A stretch of DNA of 62,629 bases, filler included, from Rhabdomonas costata (taxonomy: Eukaryota), in the NCBI GenBank assembly GCA_019059605.1. It is 26 parts of 26 records of this genome, joined end to end, with 100 filler letters (N's around TTAATTAATTAA, not from the genome) between each part and the next. Parts side by side here need not be neighbours in the genome. Positions count along the whole stretch, not along the records: positions 1 to 2,357 come from JAHMHO010004097.1; positions 2,458 to 4,769 come from JAHMHO010004098.1; positions 4,870 to 7,182 come from JAHMHO010004099.1; positions 7,283 to 9,592 come from JAHMHO010004100.1; positions 9,693 to 12,005 come from JAHMHO010004101.1; positions 12,106 to 14,417 come from JAHMHO010004102.1; 20 more parts are not named here. One strand, 5' to 3'. Both the position numbers and the translations under genes were made by a program. Of this stretch, positions 1 through 12,446 are shown one piece after another. Under the pieces are notes generated by a model that saw only the letters and a list, made by a program, of their open reading frames with translations, made no database searches and was not told where the DNA came from. The first letter of the stretch is position 1, and every line of letters begins with the position of its first letter.

Positions 1-299
1 GGTTGGGGGTAATTTCTGGACAGATGCCGCTCGATGGGTGCGAGAGAAAGATAGCTGTTGATGTCTGTTTTGTGCAAAACTGATGTGCCTGTGCCGCAGT
101 GCGATTATTCGATGGGACTTTGTCTGAGTGGCACCAGGTCACTGTGAGGAAGAAACGAAGTTTCTAGCTGCTCACCGGTCTTCCACTGTTACGGTGGAGG
201 AGGGGTGGGCAAGCACCATCGAAAGGGCAGCTGATCCAGTACTGCGCCGAAAGAGGTGAGGGAAGATGTCGGATGGCCTGGGTTAGCACCTCTCTTAGT

Positions 300-1130
300 C
301 CCGGGGATGTACACATTGGCCGTACGCCCGGTTCTTCCGGTGCCCCGCAGAAAATCCAATTGGTAGAAGTCCGGTGACGGCGGTGGGACGCTCCAGCAAG
401 AAAGTCAGGTGCCCCTCTGTTGGTGTTGGACGTTGCCCGGTCTTCCTGGAACCCGAGCCGGGATACCTGCTTATGCTGGTGGCTCTTGGTGGAAAACAAA
501 GTTCTCCAGCATTCCCCGGTACCTACCCCCGGACCAGCTCCTAGTACCCGCCCATTTTTTAATTACGAGCTTCATTAATGAGCAAAATAAACCTCTGAAA
601 CGGGGTGCTCCTCCATTGATCATGCAGTCGCCGGCAAATGCGCTGCAGCGCTGCAGCTCATAGGGAGCAAGCTTGGCCGCTGGCGCCAGGAGACTGGGCT
701 GGCTGCCGGGTTGCAGACCGAACGCCTGGGGGTCCCTCTAAATGGCGCGTTGAATGCGCCGCTGAGCAACACAGGGTGATGCGCACAGGGAGAGTCATCC
801 ACCCCAATCTCTCCGGTGGACCCACAACCACGCTCCAGGTCTGCCCTCCACGGCGTGAGCCTGTCGTTCCCCAGATTACAGCACCCAAAAAAAACTCATC
901 ACAACATGCATACCGTGATGCAAACTCGGTGGACCAAGTATAACCTAACGTGGCCAATGCACTCAGACGACGTGGTCCTGCTTCTTCAGCATATAGTTCG
1001 TGGCTGTGTTGAGCGAATCACCTGAATGTACAACCGATGTATTGGTTGGGGAGGAGATGGGGTTGAGGCAGGTTTGACGCGGTCATGCGGGAAGCTCGCC
1101 TTTGGTTTCAAGTTGTTGGGGCTTTTTTTG
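300..1130 (+). mobile_element. Possible heavily decayed non-LTR retrotransposon RT fragment
   Basis: One frame, interrupted by stops, has LLVLDVARS (~420-445), AQGESSTP (~783-806) and MHSDDVVLL (957-983), in the order of RT motifs A, B' and C. The similarity is weak and judged by eye. Confidence 0.22.
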
Positions 1131-1605
1131 CCACTCCAAAAATGGGCAGCTTAACCGGAAGCAACATTGCGGCCAGTTTGGAAGCACAAGCAGCCACCGT
1201 AAGTGCAGGTAAAGCAGCTAGAGGGTTGCGATGTCCGGCGAGCACAGGATAATGGAGTTGGAGTATGCTGGCTATGGGGTTGCGGACGGGATGCTGTGCA
1301 CCGAAAGGCTCATTTATTCTGATTCAAATGGCGATCACAGTGGAATGAGGTCACGTATATGCCGTCGTGACATTGCATCACGGTAATTCCTGTTTCACAA
1401 TCTGTCTCTTCGACATTCGTGAAGCGAGAATGAGAGATTGAGACTCAGGCATTGCGAAAATGAATCTGGATGATACAATACGGGCAATACAAAGCGAACA
1501 AGCGAACAAGAAGCCATCCCATCTGATCGATAAGCCCACAGAAAACTACACAGACAACCTGCAGAGGAAGAATAGCCTTTCTTGGGCACTTGGGTGTTTG
1601 CACAG

Positions 1606-1851
1606 ATCCGGGAGCAGGAGTTCGGAAACTACCAGATAGTTCCGGAGATGGAGAAATGCTTGGAGGACCGGAATAGAGTCGGGCGTTTTTGGTACCGCTT
1701 TCCCGACGGAGAGAGCGGGGCGGACGTCTACCAGCGCATCTCCAGCTTTTTAGGTCCCTCCCTCGTCATTCCGAGCGGATTGCTGTGTAACCGCAAATGG
1801 CTTTTGCTTTCGAAGGGGAGATACTTCCGCGGGCGTCTGTACCCAGAGGTT

Positions 1852-1897
<46 letters not shown>

Positions 1898-2343
1898 TCA
1901 AAGCAATCCTCCCTGTGTCCCCAACACTCCATGTGGACCGGCATACATACTGACATGCCTGGGCGTTTTAGCGATGAAGATCAGTGATAAGTGACGTTTT
2001 CAGACTGGAACGTGCACTATCGTTCGTGATTTCATCACGGTGGTTGAAGCTGCCGTGCCGATCTGAGATGAGTGACGTCTGCACTTGCCGTGATGGGTTG
2101 GAGGTTTGCTTGTGGGAACCAGAGAGCATGTTTCGTGAGCTCGACTTGAACTATCAACGGCCGGAGTCGCGGCGGCCCGAAAACCTCGTTGTGGTGACGC
2201 ACGGGCTGACAATGCGGCTGTTCTGCATGCGCTTCTTCCGATGGTCCGTGGGGACGTTCGAGACGGTGTGGAACCCTGGGAACTGTGAGATGTGGGTACT
2301 GCAGTGCGACGAAAGCACGGGCTCGTACAGCCTCTCTACTGAG
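1606..2343 (+). CDS. Histidine phosphatase superfamily protein (phosphoglycerate-mutase-like, DET1-type), partial; exons 1606-1753, 2123-2343
   Basis: Spliced translation IREQEFGNYQ...RNRVGRFWYRFPDGESGADVYQRISSFL-E-SMFRE...NLVVVTHGLTMRLFCMRFFRWSVGTFETVWNPGNCE contains the REQEFGN, FxYRFPxGESxADV and VTHG motifs. GT-AG intron 1754-2122. Confidence 0.9.
1856..1896. repeat. (TG)n microsatellite in intron
   Basis: About 20 perfect GT units. Confidence 0.95.
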
Positions 2344-2357
2344 GTGCGGCCCAGCAC

Positions 2358-2457
2358 NNNNNNNNNNNNNNNNNNNNNNNNNNNNNNNNNNNNNNNNNNN
2401 NTTAATTAATTAANNNNNNNNNNNNNNNNNNNNNNNNNNNNNNNNNNNNNNNNNNNN
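2358..2457. other. Artificial contig spacer (first of 25): N44-TTAATTAATTAA-N44, stops in all six frames
   Basis: Identical 100-nt spacers start at 2358, 4770, 7183, 9593, 12006, 14418, 16830, 19241, 21650, 24060, 26473, 28885, 31295, 33707, 36118, 38529, 40940, 43351, 45761, 48171, 50581, 52993, 55403, 57812 and 60221. The contigs after the first are all about 2309-2313 nt, consistent with a length-sorted pseudo-scaffold. Confidence 0.99.
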
Positions 2458-2504
2458 GTTGGTTTTTTTTTCAGTGTTCGGAATCGTTATCGTTTTTGTT
2501 CGGG

Positions 2505-4320
2505 ATGTCCCTCGCACGCTGTCCGGGCCGGGAGGCGGAGGCTGTAGAGTGGGAGGAGGATGAGAAGGAAGAGAGTGTGCTGCGCCCGCCTCCTGAGCTG
2601 ACCACGCAACGCCACGTGCAGTTCTTCGCGCACTGCGTCTCCGCTCTTCCCAGCAGCTGCGAGAGCTTGGACCTGAACCGGATGACTCTGCTGTACTTCG
2701 CGGTGGCAGGGCTGGACCTGGTGTGCCGCAACGCAGATGAGGAGTCTGCGTGCGTGCGGGGTCTTTACCGCGACTCTACGCCTACGTCGGGGCCATCCAA
2801 GGCCCTTCTCATACACTGTGGGCGGTTGGGTGACAAAAAAGAATGGCGCGGCGCAGTGTGAGGCGCAGTTAGACAGAGAAAACCCGGAGGAGGAGGAGCG
2901 GGGGGGGGGGCGCACAGTCGCACTTGTCTTTTTCATTGTGCTTGTATGTGTGTATGTTTGTGTGGATGTGTGATTAAATTATTGAATGAACTATTTGGGA
3001 GGGGATATTTGTATTTACCCCCCCCCCTCAAAAAAAAGTACGAGAGGCCCATTGAGAGCCTTTGTGTGACGTCCCCCCATTCTTGACCGGACTCATATCT
3101 CCCCTTCCACAAAACCGTCCTGTGGGCTTTTTTTTTGCGCCGAATTCTGGATCGATTCATTCCAAAAGAAAGATAGAAGCCTCCTGCCAGTGCGGCATAT
3201 TCAACGGCTGCTGCCCGCCACCACATAATTTCTGATAAGATATATTTTTCTTTTCTTCTTTTTCTTGTGTAATACTTAGAATACGGTTTTGTAAAAATTG
3301 AAACCCCTCGTGTCTTTGCTTGCAGCTGCATGCTCTGCACCTCGTGGACGTGGGAAGGATCCGGCAGTGGGTATACTCGCAGCAAGTGCTTCCGCCGCCG
3401 CTCTCCCAGGACAGCGCAGCTGTGGGTTCGAGCAGCGGAGACGGCTTTAGCCCCTCGCAGGAGGCGATGGGGGCCTGGCAGCGCCGAGGTCTGTTCCGGT
3501 TTTCGCTGGCTTCCTCGATTGTAGTGTTTTTAGCTCGCCATGCTATGCGTTGTGGAGCCCTTTCAATCGTCCCATGTTGAGCTTCTTTACGCGATGTTTG
3601 GGTTCATGTCCCATTCACCTATATACACATCCCTGTTCCATGTTGCACTCGGCCGTGTGGGTTTGTGCCTTCACGGACGGCGCAGCTGTGGAAGGTTCAA
3701 CGAGGCCGGCTGGGCAGATGTCCGACCCCTGCTGTCTCTAATTCCAACTCTGTCCCGCAACCTATGTGGTTGCTTTGGAATTTTGCGATACCACCATAGA
3801 CCTCACCGCTAATTCTGCTTTTCATTTCCCCAGTGGGAGCCAATAGCGGGGAGTTGAAGCAGTGCTAGTGTCCCCTTTTCCCGCACCAACACGAACACAC
3901 CTTTGCCTTCTACCAAGTCGTCATGAGGTTTTTTGTTCCCCGTTCTTTTTCGGAGGCCACCTCGTAATGCGCTTCTGCACGGGCGATGTCCGAGGCTTTT
4001 TTCATGCGAACCGAGCCATGGGTCAACGGAAGCGACATTGCAGCCAAAACGCTCGTAACGCTCTCATTTTGCCCGCAGGAGGTTTCCGTCCCGGCCCATA
4101 CGCCGGAGCTGTCCCAAGGGGTGATCGCGATGGAGTGGGGTCACCCAGTGCCCACGAAGGGGACCTCGCCCACGTCACCATGACGCACTGCGCTCTGGCT
4201 GTGCTGTGCATCCTAGGCGATGACCTGAGTGGGGTTGACGTGGAGGCCACTGCGCACCATCTGCGGCAGTGCCAGGCTGCCGACGGGGGCTTCCGGGGCG
4301 TGCTATGGGGCTCTGAAGAG
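2505..4320 (+). CDS. PGGT1B: Geranylgeranyltransferase type I beta subunit, 5' part; exons 2505-2720, 3326-3488, 4079-4320
   Basis: RHVQFFAHCVSALPSSCESLDLNRMTLLYFAVAGLDL-L, IRQWVYSQQV, GGFRPGP and HVTMTHCALAVLCILGDDLSGVD...LRQCQAADGGF are prenyltransferase beta repeats of the GGTase-I type. GT-AG introns are in phase. Confidence 0.9.
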
Positions 4321-5884
4321 GTGTGAGGACGGCGTCGGTACACCCCGCGTAGAGTTCACTTTGGCCGTGGAGGGACGTTGTTGTCCCTGTAGTTTGCCTT
4401 GAGAAAGTGGGCTTGTTTGAATGCCAAGGAATGTTTATAATCTTCATTACCCAGACTCAGTTGCTCTTTACGGGGGGAGAGGGAGAGAGAGGCGACGCTT
4501 TTAGGGAATGTTATGTGTAGGATATATGTGTGGTAGGTTTATTTTGGGAATCCTTTGGACGTGGTCACATCCTCTCCCCTAAAATGCGACGTTTCCTCGT
4601 GTCTTCCCATTCCAAGGAATGTCTTTCCTTTCTAAGACCCCCACCAACCTTCTCTCTCTTTCTCCTTCTGTATTCATTCATTTGAGATGGGTCCGTAGAG
4701 GGAGCGGAATTCTGGATCACGTGATGGTGGGGAGAGGATGTGACCACGTCCAAAGGATTCCCAACAAACNNNNNNNNNNNNNNNNNNNNNNNNNNNNNNN
4801 NNNNNNNNNNNNNTTAATTAATTAANNNNNNNNNNNNNNNNNNNNNNNNNNNNNNNNNNNNNNNNNNNNGTGTGATAGTGTTCTCGGGTCTTGCTGAAGT
4901 GGTGCTCGGACCAGGGCGATTAGGTACTGTTTGCGTGGCGGCGGCGGGGGGGGGGTGCCACACGGAGACTTCTTCTTGGGATTGGACTACAAGATCGTGC
5001 AGTTGTGTGGTAGATGCGCGTTCACACATGGAGTTGTGTCGATCCTTTCGCGGAGTTGACCAGGGGGATGGTTTTATCTGATGATCCAGCGTGTCCTACC
5101 GCCCCGCAGCTCGCAAGGATTTCACGCCTTGCAGAGGGCACGAAAGCGCCTTGTGCACCTCGGCTCGCAAAACCCCCTTGCTCGGTCTCATTCAGTTTGT
5201 GGTCGGGGGTCGCTGGCTCCGGAGCGGGCCGTGGGTTCTTGTCTGCGCGGACACACTTGAATGTCGGTCTACGGTGGGCTACTCAACCGGTGCCTGCGCA
5301 GGCCGGCGTCTCCGCGGGTTTCAGAGGCCCTCTCTCTGCCCTCGTGCGGAGCCTGGTACTCCCAGGGGGCTCTCTGCCCTTCCCCAGAACATTACACTGC
5401 GGTTGGTCACACATTGATGGCAACGCTTTTAGATACCGTTACTGTCCGTTTACAGATCCGAATGAAAAGCTCACAGGAGCGTTTTAACGAGAGAAGTCTC
5501 AGAGCCTCAGAGCCCTGAGCAGCAATTTGCATATTGCAGGGCGGGTATCCAATAGAGTAAAGTAGCTGCGTGACAAAGGCCCGAGCCCTGAGATATGGAT
5601 CGCTCGGCGATGAGCCGGTACCGCTCGACACGGTTCATTCAGAAGGTACCTCTCCACCACCGGTGGCCCAAATTATCCACACCGCGTTGGATGCTCAACC
5701 AACACCCTACCGCAGCTTCTGGCACCCACGGTATTCAGCCTGTCGTGTGCGCTTAGGCAAAGGGATTCTGCCGCACCTGCCTTCCCAACCCGTCCCTCGC
5801 CAAAGAAGAATGGATGATGACAGCACAGAAAAAAGGACACCAATAAAGTAGCAGCCAGAGGTTTAACCCAAACGTGTACACAAA

Positions 5885-6600
5885 AACAACGGACAAGCAG
5901 TCCTCGAGCACGCCTCGGGGAAACTGCTTGAGAGGGCATGACGAGTTGAGTGAAATATGACCGAAAGTGATGAGTCTCTCTTCTACTGATTGCTTTCAAC
6001 AGTAGATGCCAAACCACCAATTCCATTTGCAATAATTCACCGGTTCAGAGGCCCCGCAGGGCACCAAGGTGCTGTAGCAAGGCATCTCTCTGTCATCAGG
6101 GAGGCGAGAACTACCGACAAAGAAAAGCCCTCCAGACGAGTACCAGCACCCCCCTCCCCCGCCGCCTCACACGCACCAAATTCATCCCATGGGACACACA
6201 AAAAGCGCTCAGACACTAAAGCCTCCAAGTCATCAACACGCAAACAGACACTCTGAGAACACCGGACAAGCAATCCTTGAGCAAGCTGCGGGAAACTGCT
6301 TGAGATGGTAAGTTGATTAAAAGATGACCCAGTGCGCTGCGTTTCATCCGCTTCTCCTGCATTTCAACCGCAGACGTCAAACCACCGTTTCCATTTTCCA
6401 TAATTCACAGGCCCTCCCATGGACACCATTGTACCTTTTTTCTGTGGTGGTTGCTCTTTCGTCTCACTCGAGCGTGCACGCAAGGCGAGAAAAAAGAACC
6501 GCCGCAACCATGGCTCTCTCAACAGGAAAATGGAGCACCACCGACGAGGACCGACGAGCCTTCCCAATTCATCCCATGGGACACAAACACACACACACAA
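5885..6600. repeat. Degenerate tandem duplication, period ~375-385 nt
   Basis: Paired blocks: cggacaagca..tcct.gagca...ggaaactgcttgaga (~5890 and ~6263); tttcaac..caaaccacc..ttccattt..ataattcac (~5994 and ~6362); aattcatcccatgggacaca (~6179 and ~6566). Confidence 0.75.
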
Positions 6601-7806
6601 GAAATGACCCAGCGCCCTCTTTCGCCAGGCTCACGGTTGCTGCGATGAACAGACGCAGTCCCCTGCTGACGATATGGAAACCCCCACGAAAAGTGAAATG
6701 AAAAAGAGAAAGTGAAAGGGGAAGAGAAAGACATTTGAAAGGTGTTTGTGGTCCAACTCAAAAGAATCCGAAGACGGGTCCCCCACGTGGGGCGGGGGTG
6801 AGGTGACAGAGGTGACAGAGGTGACAGGAGCAGGAATGCTAACCCCAGACAGCAGAGAAGGGGTCCGCATTGGCTCGCGGAGGGAAAAATCTCCCGAGGC
6901 GAGGGAACCGATTCTCAGCCCTGAAATAGGGCAAATGGCCAACGCATGACATATAAAGGGGTTGCGAGTTGCCCTTCTTCCCCAAAACTCTTGCTCTCCT
7001 ATTCCACCTAACACCGAACAGGAATCTTAAAAAGCAGTCTGTGGCCAGACAGGGGTGCCGTTGATGGACAAAGATGTAGCATCCAACTCTTTCTCCAAAA
7101 GTCGACACCCCGCTGCCAAGACATCCCCCACGAACCAAGCAAGGGAGCCCCACACACGCACCCAATTGCGCTCCCCCAACAANNNNNNNNNNNNNNNNNN
7201 NNNNNNNNNNNNNNNNNNNNNNNNNNTTAATTAATTAANNNNNNNNNNNNNNNNNNNNNNNNNNNNNNNNNNNNNNNNNNNNTTGTGGTGTGGGGAGCGG
7301 GGAACGCAAGCTGCTCGTTTCTCTAAAAGCACGCGACAAACAAAGAAACAAAGTCAAGCAAGACCATCTGTAACCGTCGGTGGTTTTTCAGTGGTAGATT
7401 TTGCGACTGCACTTTCACATAACAATGGCAGATTTGAATAAACCAGGGGGGCGCAACAAAAATTAGACTCACAGGCTGTGCGGCTTTTACACAGGTTTCA
7501 GAAATCAGTGGAAGTTTGGTTGGAGTTGACGAAGAAAACTCGGCAACTCTGTTTCGTAGAGGCTGGTACGACTGTTGAAACGTTATATACTCTTCTCTTT
7601 TATTGCATCCTAATCGGCTGGACTACTGCACGTTGCTACGTGCTCGATACCTACCTTACCTCTTTTTTTTTTTGCAAAGCTATCACGTATGAAATACAAA
7701 ATAAAGACGGCAAAAAAGTGCAGCCACATTTGTGCCAAGGGTGGGCACACAAATGGGATTGATAAGCGCTGCAGCATGATGCGGCGAGGATACAGAACTA
7801 GCCAAT

Positions 7807-9583
7807 TTAACGGTCAAACTCATTTTGTAGGTCCCGCTTCAAGAGCCCCTCGCAGCGCCGAGCCTGAGCTTCTCCGCTTCTGACAAGCAGAGCCGTCCTG
7901 TTGCTCTTTGCGCCAAAAATCGGCCCAGGAGACCCTGTGGAGAGAAGGCACTCGTAATACAGGATTCGCTGCCCCTTGAGGCCACCCCAGGACCAGGCCT
8001 GGTCGATATAAGAAGGCGAGGGAGCTTTGTCCAAGTCCTCCAGAGTAACCAGCTCACGGCGAGAGCTCCACATCAGAAGCCCAAGAGCTTCAAACTCGCT
8101 GGCAATCAGCTCGCCTCTGGACAGGAAGTACTCTCGAAGGGAAACCCCGTGGACTTGACGGACCCGCTCCCGCAGCAGGCTGTACGCAACACGGGGGTAG
8201 ATCAGCCCATGGCGGGGCATAAAGGCGAAGGGGCTCGTGAAGTTGAGCATGTGATCCGTTCGGGGTTTCCATTTTATGGCCTGAGAAGAGGAGCAGAGAG
8301 TTACTTTCATTTTCTGTCGGATGAATCCGCAAATGAACTCACAAACATTGGAACTGACTCCAGTAGTCGTTATACCGTTGTGCCGGGGCGCTCCCAGCCC
8401 CTCGTTTTGCAGTTCAGCGCAGCGAGCAACGGTTAAACTGAGCCATCATGGGCCAGGAGTGCAGGGAAGATCGCAACCCACCCCATCAACGAATGGGTTT
8501 GGGGAGTGCGAGAGTGCAGCCTTGATTCGGTTTCGATCGAGGGACACTGAAAAGCCTCGCCTTTTACTTCCAGCAAAAAAATAAATTTTAATTAGGGAGG
8601 AGGGAAGGCGAATCAAGCCGCGGTGAACGATAACTAAGTCACATCCCCCAAAATCAGTGAGCACAGACATGAATCGAGTTCCATCAAAAGAGAATGCAAT
8701 TAAACCGAACCACAGCAGCAGCCAAGAAAAAACAGCAAAGATGAACGCAGCAAAAAAAGAGTCCGTTTGCGAAGGGAAACGAGGGGACGGTAAGAACACC
8801 AAGCACGTCAGGGATAGGGGGAAATAGAAAGAGTAGTGCATACGTCGCCCATATTTTCCCAGCGGCGAAATGGAAGCCAGGGCTTCAGGTCATCTGAGAA
8901 GAGGTCTGACCAATGCATGGCCCTGTTAAACACCAAATCCGAGTCGAGGTGGTATATGAACTCCGCGTCGGTGAACTCGTCCGAGTGAAGCTTGTCATAC
9001 ATTTGTTGGTTGTAGCCCCTCGTGAACTCGTCCACAGGGTGAAGGTACCGTGGAATCAGGCCGTTCTAAAATAGCAGAATGCTTACACGATCACCTAAAC
9101 TGTCCCTAAGTCAAAGAAGAATATATGATCACCTAAAATATTTAAAAACTGACATCGGGTTCCACCGTCGTCATACCGGCCCCTTCATCCTCCGCTCCCC
9201 CGTAAACTATCAAAACGCAAGAAAAATCATCGGCAATACAAGCGCCAAGCACAAGCTTCCTACAAGCTTCAGCTGGATGACGAATTACAGCCCCAACATA
9301 TCGAACAATCGGAGATGTACGTATACATTGCGTGCAAGAGGCATTGATGTTAAAGTCTTTCTAACAGCGGGATTTCGAAAAATTCCCCGCTTCCTGGCCC
9401 TTCTTTGGGTGCGAATCATCCTCACAGTCACACCCACATCCACCAATCATCACATACCGAACGCGGCTGCACCAGAAACTCAAGGTGTGGGAGAGACGCC
9501 CGAGGAACGAGAATGTGGATGGCACGGAACAGCGTCCCAGCGAACCGCTCCACGCCGCGAAGGGCAAACCCCAGGAAGTCAAC
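7807..9583 (-). CDS. Putative glycosyltransferase (GT-A-like, DxD motif), 3' part; exons ~9583-9458, 9065-8844, 8280-7807
   Basis: Spliced DFLGFALRGVERFAGTLFRAIHILVP...GYNQQMYDKLHSDEFTDAEFIYHLDSDLVF...KPWLPFRRW...WKPRTDHML...FMPRHGLIYPR...SEFEALG. The GYxxQxxxKLxxD and DSD motifs fit a GT-A-like family. GT-AG introns are in phase. Confidence 0.75.
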
Positions 9584-12446
9584 CCCCCAACCNNNNNNNN
9601 NNNNNNNNNNNNNNNNNNNNNNNNNNNNNNNNNNNNTTAATTAATTAANNNNNNNNNNNNNNNNNNNNNNNNNNNNNNNNNNNNNNNNNNNNGCAGGAGG
9701 TGGATGAGGCAAGGGGGAGGGCGTGCTCAAGGGTGGGCCCAGCCGTAAATCCACGAAAACTCGGGCTCATCCTCGTCTGCCCTCTCGCACATGCTCAGCA
9801 GCTCCGAAGCCACAGCGTCGTTCGGGGCTTTCTTTATATACTCCTGAACCGAATGTGGAACGTTCTAATTACAATATGATCATCCCACCCTATTCACACA
9901 TCATGGTGGGTGGACACGATTTCAGGCTCCCTGGAGAGAACAAACAGGTTTCGCGGCAAGTGCCATAATGCTTTGCAAGCCTACGCACGGCATTAACCCC
10001 ACTTTGACCTCGCAGAGCAGAGCGGTACGAGTCGGGTCGGGTAGGGAAGGCGGTGACTATTTCTCTTCGCATACAATGCCCGCAACGATCCGGGAGTCCT
10101 TTCTTGTACGACAGGAAGGTAGGGGGCGGTCGCCATGGACACAAAATGCATGCAACGTATCAAGCCCATTAGTTACGGAGCCAAAGGTTCAAAACATCAT
10201 GAAGGTTAGCTATTTGCCCACTCTACAACTAAGTTTGGCTACCAAACCTGCAGGCCAGTGTGGCCCTTCTCGAAGCAGCCGTAGAACAGGTTCAGCACCG
10301 CCTCGTGATACGCCGCAAAGGGGTCCCCCGTCTGCTGCTGCTGCAGGACATACATCCTGTGGACACGTCCAAACCTAACTGTGGGTGAAAACGCGTCTTG
10401 TTGATGAATAAAATGGCAAGTGGGATGGGCTCGTTACCCCCCGATCCCGCCCATCGATGCAGCAGAAGTGAAAATGCAGGAAGGGGAGCGGTCACACTGC
10501 CCTCTCCCACATGAATGCCTAAACTTTCCACAGCCATTGTTTGTGTGGGCCCCCTGTTTGAGTTCTCCACGCCGCGCTCTACCTGCATTGCGTCCCTAAA
10601 TCAAAACAAGACCAAAGACCAGATAGCGAGAGGGTAGTTCATACCTCAACCATAACATCTTAGGGATTCCATTTTGTGGAATGATGGTACGGAGAGGTTG
10701 AGTTACGACAAAACCTTGCAACGTGACAGGCTTAATTGTTCAGGTACCTGATGCACGCCAGAGTGTACAGAGGGGGCTTTCATCTACCGTGCTGCATTCT
10801 GCAGTTCCTGGGGGGGGGGCACACTTACAGAGATTTGCCATACACGCGATAAAAGGGCAAACCATTCGCCATCGTGGTTTCCTTCCACTTGCTTGAGCAG
10901 GTGCAGGGCAAACATCCGGCGCACCTAAAAGTTTACATGAAAGTGAGAGGCAGTGGTGGAAGTAAAACTCCTCTTCCAACGATAAAATTACTCAGCTCAA
11001 CAACATGCCCTTGGAGGGAGGGGGCTTGCTACTTCTGCGCGGCAAGCTCCCAGGTCTTCTATACATTATGATCTTTTTAAAAGTGGCGAAGGAAGGGGCA
11101 CGGAATCAGAGACACGACCAGAGATCTTACAAACCTGCACAGCAGCTGACATCGAGCATATCAACAGTGCTCCTAGTGCAGGCCCATCCAAAAGAATTTG
11201 GTCGAGCTTACGTCGGGAGGGGTAATTGGAGTTCTATCGTGGGCTGTGAGGTGGTGTTTCCACGGGGTGGACGCGAGCCCTCGGCCGGCAGGGGGGCCTC
11301 CGGGAAGCTAGCTTCTTTGCTTAATATACCATAGAGTGTGACACTCTACCGATGAAAAGTTCCACCGCTTTCTGACCTCTGCTTTTCTTCTGCTTATATT
11401 GCTCCACACCTGTGCATTCGGACACACTAAGGCATCCCGGCATTCCCTTCCCCTTCATCGTCATTCTCCGTTTTTCGTCTATCCCCCACCACCCACACCG
11501 CTCAAAACGCAAACACCACGACGCTTCCTTTAAGGCACCCACACACCTCCCAATTTCCATTTCTCTTCTGTGCCAGGGCAATCACTGTACAGTGAACAAT
11601 TCTTAAGTCTGGGTTGGGTTTTTTTGACTAATTCAGAGCCTCCCACCCCTTGCCGTGGATGCTACAGAAGGAGAAACAGCGGCGGATGACATCAAATAAT
11701 CGGAAACAATCGTAATATTGACATCAAACGCGTACCGCCGATATGTGTTTTGAACTTTGTCGCAAGAGCTCTGGCAGAACTAATTTAGAAGGTGGAGACC
11801 ACATCGGTGCCCACGCTGAGAAGTCTAATGCTCGTATCAGAGCAGCGAACGTTTCATGGAGATAAAAAATTTCCTTTCGACGGCTGGTACCCTCCAAACT
11901 TCTTGAGCACCATCGCGTCAGCAAACACAGGGCATACAGCGAATCAAAAAATAGCGAAAGCCGAGGGAGCAGCTACGACATGCAAATAGAAATCCTGGGC
12001 TCCCTNNNNNNNNNNNNNNNNNNNNNNNNNNNNNNNNNNNNNNNNNNNNTTAATTAATTAANNNNNNNNNNNNNNNNNNNNNNNNNNNNNNNNNNNNNNN
12101 NNNNNGTGGTTGGGGAATTGGACGGGTGGGATGGATGAAATACCGATGTTGTTTCAAATTTCCCCAACTATCATCAAATTTCCACAAATATCATCTGAAA
12201 CGCCTTGTGGTGTCCGCGGGGAACCTTTCAGCCCAACTGTGGCGAGTGCCCACGTTAAATGCTGCGATGAGATGAACACCACCAACTTCAGCAAAGAAAA
12301 AGAGAGGCAAAACACACCGTGCTCCTGCCCTTCGACTTGGAAGGAAGCAAGGCATCCTCACCCTTGCCCCCCTTCTCCACCTCTGTAGAGGGTACCACTG
12401 CCTCTGGGGGAAGGCAGCACTGCAGCAGGTGCTTCTGCCCCCGCAC

